Assembly (NCBI GenBank): GCA_046735395.1
Contig: JBJKQR010000018.1
Coordinates: 64,001 to 128,000, forward strand
From: Fidelibacterota bacterium
GTDB taxonomy: Bacteria; Fidelibacterota; Fidelibacteria; Fidelibacterales; DSDE01
Length of the DNA stretch: 64,000 nt
Direction: 5' to 3'
Below the pieces are notes generated by a model. That model saw only the letters and a list, made by a program, of their open reading frames with translations, was not told the origin of the DNA and did no database searches. This document shows, in pieces, positions 48,243 through 56,951 of the stretch. The position numbers and the translations under genes were made by a program. Within the stretch, counting starts at the first letter, position 1; every line of letters begins with the position of its first letter.

Positions 48243-50351
48243 ATGATGGATAAAGTGGATACGGACGCGCTGACGGCGCAGATTCTGGGCTGGTTTCAGG
48301 AACACAGCAACATGAAGGTGAAACCCAAACGCCTTCGTTCCTTCCTGAATGTTCCCCAGCGCGATTATCCGGAGCTGCGGGATACGCTGAAGAATCTGGC
48401 CCGGGCCGGAAAACTGGGACGTTTCCAGGGAAATATGTACGGACTGAATTCCGGGACGGACCTGCAGGTGGGAATATTGCAGATTCCGGCTCATGGAATG
48501 CCCTGGGTCGTGACGCCGGAAGGCGAGCGGGTGACAGTAGATGAGACACAGCTTCGGGGAGCCGTTCATGACGACACGGTGGCCATAAAGCTGTATCCGC
48601 GCCCCTTGCGGGGCCAGCCGGATGCCCAGATCCGGAAAATTGTAAAACGGGGCCGAAACCGTGTGCTGGCCTCATACCAGAGTTTGCGGGGCGGAGATAT
48701 TGCCGTTCCCGAGCTCAGTCAGCTGAAGTTTGATATTGTGCTGGATGATCTGGGCGGAACCCGGCCGAACACCGGCGATATCATTGACGTGGAAATTACT
48801 GAGTGGCCGACCGGTACAGCCCGGCCCCATGGACGGATTCTGCGGATCATCGGCAGCCGTGAGCAGGTCGAATACGATGCCCTGTTTATTGCGGATCAGT
48901 TCCATATTCCCATTGAATTCAGCCCGGAGTCCCTGAAAGAATCCCGTGAGCTGAAACTGCGTACCGGATCCAAGTCAAGACTGGATCTGAGACAGGAGAC
49001 GGTTTTCACTATCGATCCGGCGGACGCGAAGGATTTTGACGATGCCGTGTCGCTGAAGGAACTGGATAACGGCCACGTGCAGCTGGGTGTGCACATTGCG
49101 GATGTTTCCGAATATGTTCAGCGAAACAGCGCCCTTGATGGTGATGCCTATCAGCGTGGGACATCCGTGTATTTTACGCGGCAGGTCATTCCCATGCTGC
49201 CGGAGGTACTGAGCAATGACCTCTGCTCTCTGAAACCGGATGAGGACAGGCTCTGTGTCTCGGTACTGTTCGAACTGGATCAGAACGCGGAGCTGCTGTC
49301 GTATTCCCTGCATGAATCCCTGATCCACAGCTGCCGGCGGTTCAGTTATGAGGAAGTGCAGGCGATTCTTGACGGTGAGGAAGGAGATCATGCCGATGTC
49401 CTTCTGAGTATGAAAGCAGTGGCGGCGAAGCTTTTCGCCAAGCGCCGCGCGTGGGGAAGCATTGATTTTGACCTGCCCGAACCGCGTTATGAGCTGGATG
49501 AGCAGGGGAATCCTGTCAATATTTTTAAAAAAGACCGTCTGGACAGCCATCGCATAATCGAGGAATTCATGCTTCTGGCCAACCGGACCGTCACGGAATA
49601 CATGTTTTCCCGGGAAGCGAAGCTGCCCTTTATCTTTCGGATTCATGACGAACCGGAGGCGGAGGATATCCGGCGCCTGTTCCGGCTGATGAAGGGAGTG
49701 GGGCTGGAACAGCCGCCTCCCAGCGGTAAAATTCGCCCGATGGTGATTCAGAAGGCGCTGGACAGCATCCAGGATCATCCAGCGGAAAAATTCATCGAAA
49801 AAATTACGCTGCGAAGCATGATGAAGGCGCGTTATTCGCAGAAAAACCGGGGACATTTCGGACTGGCCTTCAAGTCCTATACCCATTTTACCTCTCCGAT
49901 CCGCCGTTACCCGGACCTGATCGTACACCGCATTCTGAAATCGGTGATCAAAACCGGAACACATGGATACAGTGAAGAGGATCTGCGGATTATTGCCAAT
50001 AAATCCTCGGAAACGGAAGTGAGGGCCGTGGAGGCGGAGCGGGAGTATCATCGCCGGAAACAGCTGAAATTCATGAGTGACCGCATCGGACAGAAATTTC
50101 ATGCTTCCGTTTCGGGCCTGCTGCAAAGCGGACTCTTCGTCGTCATCGAGGAAAACTTCGTGGAAGGCTTTGTGCCCCGGCGTGAATTGCCGGGTGATTA
50201 CTGGGACTATGATAAGGAAAATTTTGAGCTGAGGGGGCGGCGAACGCGGAAAATCTACCGGCTGGGTGATGCGCTGACCGTGATTCTTGCCCGTGTCGAT
50301 ATGAACCGGGGTTTTATTGATTTTGCCCTGGCGCCGCCTGACGAATCCTGA
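48243..50351 (+). CDS. rnr: Ribonuclease R
   Basis: TIDPADAKDFDDA, HIADVS, EEFMLLAN and HFTSPIRRYPDL motifs; C-terminal S1 domain. Confidence 0.93.
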   Translation: MMDKVDTDALTAQILGWFQEHSNMKVKPKRLRSFLNVPQRDYPELRDTLKNLARAGKLGRFQGNMYGLNSGTDLQVGILQIPAHGMPWVVTPEGERVTVDETQLRGAVHDDTVAIKLYPRPLRGQPDAQIRKIVKRGRNRVLASYQSLRGGDIAVPELSQLKFDIVLDDLGGTRPNTGDIIDVEITEWPTGTARPHGRILRIIGSREQVEYDALFIADQFHIPIEFSPESLKESRELKLRTGSKSRLDLRQETVFTIDPADAKDFDDAVSLKELDNGHVQLGVHIADVSEYVQRNSALDGDAYQRGTSVYFTRQVIPMLPEVLSNDLCSLKPDEDRLCVSVLFELDQNAELLSYSLHESLIHSCRRFSYEEVQAILDGEEGDHADVLLSMKAVAAKLFAKRRAWGSIDFDLPEPRYELDEQGNPVNIFKKDRLDSHRIIEEFMLLANRTVTEYMFSREAKLPFIFRIHDEPEAEDIRRLFRLMKGVGLEQPPPSGKIRPMVIQKALDSIQDHPAEKFIEKITLRSMMKARYSQKNRGHFGLAFKSYTHFTSPIRRYPDLIVHRILKSVIKTGTHGYSEEDLRIIANKSSETEVRAVEAEREYHRRKQLKFMSDRIGQKFHASVSGLLQSGLFVVIEENFVEGFVPRRELPGDYWDYDKENFELRGRRTRKIYRLGDALTVILARVDMNRGFIDFALAPPDES

Positions 50352-50379
50352 TCGTTCAGACCATTTTTTTCACGGTAAT

Positions 50380-50416
50380 AAAAAACAGGCAGAAGCTTAA
50401 ACGCTCTGCCTGTTTT
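50380..50416. terminator. Bidirectional terminator between convergent rnr and the S46 peptidase gene
   Basis: AAAACAGGCAGA...TCTGCCTGTTTT. Confidence 0.75.
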
Positions 50417-50447
50417 GGTATTATGCGGATGTTTAGCTGAGGTGAAC

Positions 50448-52601
50448 TCAGTGAATCACGATTTCATCCAGAAGGTGGTCGGCATGATCAAATTCGGAGA
50501 TATACCAGAGAATGAATCGGGCGTCCACGGAGATGGTCCGTGTGAGCTGTTCATCGAAGCGCCAGTCGGAGGTCATGGCTTCCCAGTTCCCGTCAAAGGC
50601 GGTTCCGATGAATTCACCGCGGGCATTCATCACTGCCGATCCGCTGTTGCCGCCGGTGATATCGGTGGTATGCAGGAAATTGAGCGGAACATCGCCCAGT
50701 TTTTTATCCACATATTTGCCGCTGCGGGGACTGTGCAGCACCTTCATATATGCGTCAGACAGGTTGAAGGGCGCCTCGCCGCTATATTTGGCCAGCATGC
50801 CTTCCAGAGTGGTGAAGGGCGTGTACCAGACGCCGTCCTTCGGAGAATAGCCCTTGACGGTTCCGTAGGTCAGGCGGACGGTGGAATTTGCATCCGGATA
50901 GATATGAGTGGATGAAAGGGCTGAGACAGCCTTGAAATATTCAGGCATGAGCATCAGTTTCCGGCCTTCAATATTATCCTTCTCATTGCGAATGATTTTA
51001 TCCTGATCCTCCAGAATGCGGACCATGGCGATCAGAGGATCATTGAGAGCCAGCAGATCAGTCATGGACATGGAAAAAGCCTTTTCCCGCGCATCGGCTG
51101 TTTTCAGTGTGCTGCCCTTGAAAACGGAATCCAGGTAATCACTGACAGCCTGCGCAAAGTCCTTGTTCGGATTCTGTCTGATAATTTCCCTGACCAGGTC
51201 GATGGACTGGGCATCAGGAAGAGCCTTGGCGCGCATCAGGAAATAGGTGAGTGCCCGCTTTTCATAGGGTACATAGCTGCCTCTGTCCATGGAGCGGTTT
51301 CTCAGAAGCAGATGGTTCAGATCCCTGTTCATGTAGCCCAGATCACGGAGTGAATCCGGTTTTGCCTGTTCCTCAACCCAGCGGTAGAGAGTATGGGCTG
51401 CGCTGACAATCCGGGAGGAACGAAACAGCCAGGACAGATCATCATTCCGTTCCCAGTTGCTTTCCTCCGTCTGGTCCAGGAGAGCGATCTGTTTGGTGAT
51501 GTCTGCATAAGCTGCGCCGCTTTCACTGGTTTCGGCGGCATGCTGCAGCCGGGCTTCATCATCCTTTTTCTTGTCGATGATATGAAGTTTGTCAAACCCT
51601 TCGACCATTCCCTGATTGTTCTTCAGAACATTGTTGTAGGATTTGTTCATGCTCTGCAGTGAGAGCTGCACATCCGGATTTCCTTCACCGCAGGCCTCCA
51701 TGTATGAGAGAAGTGTTTCGAAGGTTTCAATCCGGTTGGGATAGACCGTATTCCGGATAAAATCGGCGTAATCGGCTGTCATATACCGTTGGGTTCTGCC
51801 GGGATAACCGATGATCATGGTGAAATTTCCCGGCCTGACACCCTTGGAAGAGATGGGCAGGAAATGCAGAGGCTGATAGGGAACATTGTCGGGTGAATAG
51901 GCGGCCGGAGTTCCGTCCGGAGCCGCGTAAACCCGGAAGAAGGCAAAATCGCCGGTATGGCGCGGCCACATCCAGTTGTCAATATCGCCGCCGTATTCGC
52001 CGATGAAGCGGGGCGGAATGTAGACAAGGCGGATATCTTCAAACTCGCGGGTTTTGAACAGAATGAAGCTGAGGCCGTTATACATTCTCTTCACATCCGC
52101 GCGGATGGTGGTGTCAGCACTTTCGGCTTCAGCAACAATGTCCTTGATTTCCGCTTCCATGAATTTGATCCGGTCTTCCGGCGTCGCGGCTTTCTGAATA
52201 GCCGTCCGGATCCGGGTCGTTACGTCGACCATATCGACCGTGATGCGTGCCCGATATCCGCTGGCCGGGAGTTCCTCAGCATTTGTGGTTGATTTGAATC
52301 CGTTTTCCAGCAGATTATTCTCTGTCGTGCTGAGTTCCTGAGCCGCCCGGAAGGCCACATGATGGTTCGTGATGACCAGGCCCCGGGGCGAGACGAAGGA
52401 TCCGCTGCCGCCGCCGATCTGAACGATTGCGTCCGAGAGCGAAGGCTTCTGCGAACTGTAGATCTCCTCGGGCTTCAGTTTGAGTCCTGCTTTTTTTAAA
52501 TCCTTAACAGGATAATCGTTTAACATAAACATGCCTTCTTCAGCGTGAGCGATGCTGAAGATCAGGAATACAGGCAGAATGAGTTTGAGAACTTTTTGCA
52601 T
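50448..52601 (-). CDS. Peptidase S46 (dipeptidyl-peptidase, DPP7-type)
   Basis: EEGMF, TNHHVA, DNWMWPRHTGDF and TDITGGNSGS. FDGNWE has Gly, as in DPP7. Start at MQKVLK. Confidence 0.93.
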   Translation of the reverse strand: MQKVLKLILPVFLIFSIAHAEEGMFMLNDYPVKDLKKAGLKLKPEEIYSSQKPSLSDAIVQIGGGSGSFVSPRGLVITNHHVAFRAAQELSTTENNLLENGFKSTTNAEELPASGYRARITVDMVDVTTRIRTAIQKAATPEDRIKFMEAEIKDIVAEAESADTTIRADVKRMYNGLSFILFKTREFEDIRLVYIPPRFIGEYGGDIDNWMWPRHTGDFAFFRVYAAPDGTPAAYSPDNVPYQPLHFLPISSKGVRPGNFTMIIGYPGRTQRYMTADYADFIRNTVYPNRIETFETLLSYMEACGEGNPDVQLSLQSMNKSYNNVLKNNQGMVEGFDKLHIIDKKKDDEARLQHAAETSESGAAYADITKQIALLDQTEESNWERNDDLSWLFRSSRIVSAAHTLYRWVEEQAKPDSLRDLGYMNRDLNHLLLRNRSMDRGSYVPYEKRALTYFLMRAKALPDAQSIDLVREIIRQNPNKDFAQAVSDYLDSVFKGSTLKTADAREKAFSMSMTDLLALNDPLIAMVRILEDQDKIIRNEKDNIEGRKLMLMPEYFKAVSALSSTHIYPDANSTVRLTYGTVKGYSPKDGVWYTPFTTLEGMLAKYSGEAPFNLSDAYMKVLHSPRSGKYVDKKLGDVPLNFLHTTDITGGNSGSAVMNARGEFIGTAFDGNWEAMTSDWRFDEQLTRTISVDARFILWYISEFDHADHLLDEIVIH

Positions 52602-52688
52602 AGGTTTCCTCTGTTTTGGTGTTGATGCCGTATTACAGTAGTGGTTCTGATGCGGCAATGGAAAGGGTTGGTTCCGCTGCGGATCCGG

Positions 52689-53249
52689 TCACAGGTCAGC
52701 GCCGGAAAACAGGATGCCCTGGTTGACCTCCCGAACTTTTTCCGGGCCGTAAAGTGTTTTGACCAGGAGAAAGGCGAAGTCCATGGCGGCCCCGGCACTG
52801 CGGCCGGTAATCAGCTGCCCGTCCGTGGCCGTGGAACGATTTTTATAACCGCTGAGATGTGGAATATGACGGACGGCAGGGTGCATGGTATAGCTTTTGT
52901 CTCCCATGATGTCGTTGCTGACCAGCAGGCCCGGAGCAGCGCAGATAGCAGCGAGATGCCGGTCCGCTGATAACTGGGTTTTAATTTTCTCCATGAGGGG
53001 AGAATGCTGAGCCAGGTTGTTTACGCCTTCGCTGTCGCCGGGAAGAACGATCATGTCCCAGTCATGGGGAAGTTCATCCTCAATAACCGAATCGGCGACG
53101 ATGTGAATGCCATGGGATCCGTGAATATTTCGTTTGGACAGACCGGCGGTGACGACACGGGCACCGGCCCTGCGTAACACATCTATGACGGTTACGGCCT
53201 CAATTTCCTCGAAGCCGTCGGCCAGAGGAATCAATACTGATTTTTCCAT
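52689..53249 (-). CDS. DJ-1/PfpI (YajL/ThiJ-like) protein
   Basis: GFEEIEA..IDVLRRAG and AICAAP motifs. Confidence 0.9.
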   Translation of the reverse strand: MEKSVLIPLADGFEEIEAVTVIDVLRRAGARVVTAGLSKRNIHGSHGIHIVADSVIEDELPHDWDMIVLPGDSEGVNNLAQHSPLMEKIKTQLSADRHLAAICAAPGLLVSNDIMGDKSYTMHPAVRHIPHLSGYKNRSTATDGQLITGRSAGAAMDFAFLLVKTLYGPEKVREVNQGILFSGADL

Positions 53250-53261
53250 GAAAAGATATCC

Positions 53262-54605
53262 TCAGAACTGGAAATCCAGGTTTAATGTTACATACTCATT
53301 CTGTTCATAGGCCACGGTCGTATTGAGGCGGTGGGGGATAACGACGAAATGAAGACCAGGTTCGAAAAGAAGCCGGTCGTCGAAGCGGTTCCGGAAATCC
53401 GGATCCCGGGTATAGGACAGATTGCCCGCAACACTCAGGTTCCGTCCGAAGTTCTTGAAGAAGGGGAACCAGAGGGCCGCCAGGGACGTCTCGCGCTTAT
53501 TATTGAAGATACAGAGCGTCAGATACTGTTCGGGCAGGCTCACATTTGCGGTGACAAACAGTGAATTGGTAAACGGAACGTCCTCGAAATTTTCAGTGAG
53601 ATTTACAACCTGATCCAGGTGACTGCTGTACTGTTCAAATCCCAGCGCAAGCGCGGTCCGATAGATTTCGCCGCTGCCCGGGAGAAGCTGGATTTTCACC
53701 CGGCTGTCCTGGCTGATGACGGTGGAGTTGCGGACATACAGGTTGACGCCGCCTTCAAAAACTTTGAAAAGCCTCATAGTATAGCCGACTTCAAGCGGCA
53801 CAAGGGGCTGGATGGAGCTTTTCAGGCTGAAGGTATGGGTGTTATCGGGCACTTCTGCCGTCGGAGTGTTGATGATACGATAAAATGTCTTGGTATGAAT
53901 GAAATCATAATAATTATTCTTAAGGTAATTCCGCCGCTCTTCCTTGCGCTTGTGCAGTTCGTTCCGGATGGATTCCTCGCTTCGTTCCTTATTTATACCC
54001 AGCATGGATAGCGCGAACTGATGGCGTATAGCTTCCTGCTGGCGGCTTTCCTCGAATTCGTTATTTTCCTTCATCCTCTGTATCTCGCGGGCGATCTCCT
54101 GATTTACAATGACGTCATATTCATCCTTGTTGTAGCGCATGAGACTGTACCAGGTTCCCGTTTTTTTGTCTTCAAACTGTTCCGTGATACTGAAGCCCCG
54201 TAGGCTGATATCGCTGCTGACACGATTCAGATTCCTGAAATTCTCCTTCACCCGATAATTTTTTTCATTGATGGAATGTTCCATCATACTGGTGACGTGA
54301 GCATTCACATTCAGGGCAAAATTAATCCGTGCCCGGGTGTCCGCATCCAGCTGGCTTTCCTGACTTTTCCCTATTCCATAATAATGGGTCAGCCTGTCCT
54401 GTATTTTATTATACTGTACCCAGAATGGCTGTTGCGCTGAAACCGTGTCCGTCGTATCGCTGAGAGCCCGGGAGAGACTGTCCGGTATCAGGATGACAGG
54501 GGCGGACGTGGAATCGGGAACCTGTGCGAACAGGAGCGCCGCAAGCAGACAAAGCAGCCCGGCCAACCCGGTTAATCGTTTCAGGGTATGACTTGATATT
54601 TCCAT
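53262..54605 (-). CDS. Exported hypothetical protein (helical middle, probable C-terminal beta-barrel)
   Basis: Signal peptide, charged helical segment, amphipathic beta-like C-terminus ending in Phe. Confidence 0.6.
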   Translation of the reverse strand: MEISSHTLKRLTGLAGLLCLLAALLFAQVPDSTSAPVILIPDSLSRALSDTTDTVSAQQPFWVQYNKIQDRLTHYYGIGKSQESQLDADTRARINFALNVNAHVTSMMEHSINEKNYRVKENFRNLNRVSSDISLRGFSITEQFEDKKTGTWYSLMRYNKDEYDVIVNQEIAREIQRMKENNEFEESRQQEAIRHQFALSMLGINKERSEESIRNELHKRKEERRNYLKNNYYDFIHTKTFYRIINTPTAEVPDNTHTFSLKSSIQPLVPLEVGYTMRLFKVFEGGVNLYVRNSTVISQDSRVKIQLLPGSGEIYRTALALGFEQYSSHLDQVVNLTENFEDVPFTNSLFVTANVSLPEQYLTLCIFNNKRETSLAALWFPFFKNFGRNLSVAGNLSYTRDPDFRNRFDDRLLFEPGLHFVVIPHRLNTTVAYEQNEYVTLNLDFQF

Positions 54606-54716
54606 GATGATTCCTTCGTCGTCCTTTCTGATTACCTTTGTGTCAGGTAGGGAAATTTACACAGCGTGACGAGAATTTGCAAAAATCTTTATCTCTTTAA
54701 TCCATCAAATGAAATT

Positions 54717-56942
54717 TCAGAAAATAAATCCGATACGGGCCCAGGTTCGGACGTTGGTTCCCTGAGAGGCATCAATGAGCGTCATTCCGTAACTGATGGG
54801 GCCCAGCAGTGACTGGTAGCGCAGGAACAGGTCAATCCCTGCCTGGGCAACGCCGTTTATATCCGCGTACTTATCCGTATTGTGAAACTGATACCAGCGA
54901 TAAAAGGGACTGGCATGGAACCAGAGTTCATTCCACAGAAAGCGGTTGGCAATTCCGAGCGAAAGGGACAGATAATTCTGAGTGAGGAGATAGCTGTCGG
55001 CGGTAAAACGGTTGCTCTCACCCGCTGGCGGGGCGTCGTATTCGCCGAAAGGGAGAATGCCACGGCTGCGACGAATATCGGCCTCTCCGTAGACGGCAAA
55101 GGAGCGCAGCGGCCGGATGCCGCGGTAAAGTCGGGCCTGGCCGATCAGAAACGTTTCCTGAAGCGGTTCCAGGGTGGCGGGAAGGGACTGTGTGTTTAAA
55201 ATCTTTCCGAATCTCACAGCGATGTTGCTTTGCAGGCCTTCTTCAATGGGCATGTCCCTGCGAATGGTGGAAGTGAGAATATTCACGGATCCCTGTATAT
55301 AGGGGCTGTTGTTGCGTAATCCGGGGATGGAAATCAGTCCGCCTTCATGCGGATCCAGAAGCGCTGCCTTTTTCAGGTGAAAGGACATGTCCGTCAGAGA
55401 ATTCCAGCCGATGGCGGCCAGACCGCTCCAGGACAGATCCCATATTTCACTGCTGATCCGGTCATGGCCGGAAATGCGGGATTCGGAATTGTACTTGTCA
55501 TAGGACATGCTGACCCGGGAGGAGACCCGGAGATTCAGCAGGGGCAGATTATATATATTGAAGAGATGGAGGACCGGATTGATACCCTGATGCCAGTTTC
55601 CGAAGAAAATACGGTTGCTGATATGGAAGCGGCCCTTGAACAGGTCGGTCAGGGATTGTTCGGCATAAAGATTCAGCCCGCCGCTGTTGTCATAATACAG
55701 GCCGGCCTGTATTTTTCTGGGCGGTGCCTCGGTCAGGTGCAGCGTGATATCCAGGCTGCTGTCAGCCGGATCAAAGGCAAAATCTGTGGTGATCCTGCTG
55801 AAAAATCCGGACGCGTCCAGGCGTTTCAGGTCATTTTGAAAAACTGTCGGGGAATATGGGCTTTCCGCCTGTGTTTCCATAAGGTTCCGGATATAGGTAT
55901 GAGGATATCTGAAATTTCCGTCCAGGCCGATCCTGGCAATTTTTTTTCCGTCGAGATAGGTCCGGCAGGCTTTCTGTTTCGCGTGAAAGGCGGCGGTATC
56001 GGCCATGAATTTATACTCTCTGCGTATCCGGGCTGCCGCCTTCTTTCCGCTGCTGTAACCGGCTTCGATCAGCTGGGCCCCGCTGGAAAAGTCGATAAGT
56101 CCGATATTTCGCGTGTCAACCTGTATGAAATAGTCCCAGCCTTTGACGTTCAAAGAGTCAGTGGGTGGAGCCAGAACATTGGACAGAAGGGCAAAGATGT
56201 CCTCAATATCCTCAAGCTGCCCGCTTTTCGGGGGGATGTCGGAAACATTGACCGCGACAATGATATCGGCTCCCATCTCTTTCAGGGCATCAATGGGAAG
56301 ATTGTCGTAGATGCCGCCATCCATGTATACGCTGCTGTCGCTGAAGACGGGCGCATAGGCGAGGGGATAGGCAAGAGATGCGCGGACCGCCGTCCACAGT
56401 GTTCCCTGAGTGAGCACTTCCTTCTGACGCGTCATCACATTGGCAGTAACGCAGGCAAAAGGAAGGCAGAGCCGGCTGAAATCGCCCCCGCAGTAGGCAT
56501 TTCCGGCTGCGGTTGTAATAAAGAGGTATTCGTTGACCTGAGCATCATTCAGCAGAGCCAGGGGATTCACGATGCGGTTTTCCCGGATCAGGAGGTTGAC
56601 CTGAGAGGGAAGATTGTCATAACGATATTCAATGGGTGTGGACGCGGGATCACTTACATTCATGAAAATATCACCGATATTGCCGCTTTCAACCAGCCGC
56701 TCCATTTCGTCCAGGCTGATCCCGGCCGCATAACAGCCTCCGATCAGCGCTCCGGCGCTGGCTCCCGCGATATAGTCCACCGGGATCCCTTCTTCCTCAA
56801 AGGCTTTCAGCAGGCCGATATGAGCCAGCCCCTTGGCTCCGCCGCCACCGAGAGCCAGGCCTATTCGGGGCCTGTCCGCTTGGGCCGCTGTTTCACCCAC
56901 GAGAAGCAAAATGCCAATTAATAGTAATATAGTGTAACGCAT
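54717..56942 (-). CDS. Patatin-like phospholipase with POTRA and C-terminal barrel (PlpD-like)
   Basis: GGGGAKGLAHIG, GASAG and DGG; POTRA-like segment; ends GPI...IGFIF. Confidence 0.85.
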   Translation of the reverse strand: MRYTILLLIGILLLVGETAAQADRPRIGLALGGGGAKGLAHIGLLKAFEEEGIPVDYIAGASAGALIGGCYAAGISLDEMERLVESGNIGDIFMNVSDPASTPIEYRYDNLPSQVNLLIRENRIVNPLALLNDAQVNEYLFITTAAGNAYCGGDFSRLCLPFACVTANVMTRQKEVLTQGTLWTAVRASLAYPLAYAPVFSDSSVYMDGGIYDNLPIDALKEMGADIIVAVNVSDIPPKSGQLEDIEDIFALLSNVLAPPTDSLNVKGWDYFIQVDTRNIGLIDFSSGAQLIEAGYSSGKKAAARIRREYKFMADTAAFHAKQKACRTYLDGKKIARIGLDGNFRYPHTYIRNLMETQAESPYSPTVFQNDLKRLDASGFFSRITTDFAFDPADSSLDITLHLTEAPPRKIQAGLYYDNSGGLNLYAEQSLTDLFKGRFHISNRIFFGNWHQGINPVLHLFNIYNLPLLNLRVSSRVSMSYDKYNSESRISGHDRISSEIWDLSWSGLAAIGWNSLTDMSFHLKKAALLDPHEGGLISIPGLRNNSPYIQGSVNILTSTIRRDMPIEEGLQSNIAVRFGKILNTQSLPATLEPLQETFLIGQARLYRGIRPLRSFAVYGEADIRRSRGILPFGEYDAPPAGESNRFTADSYLLTQNYLSLSLGIANRFLWNELWFHASPFYRWYQFHNTDKYADINGVAQAGIDLFLRYQSLLGPISYGMTLIDASQGTNVRTWARIGFIF

Positions 56943-56951
56943 TATCGATAT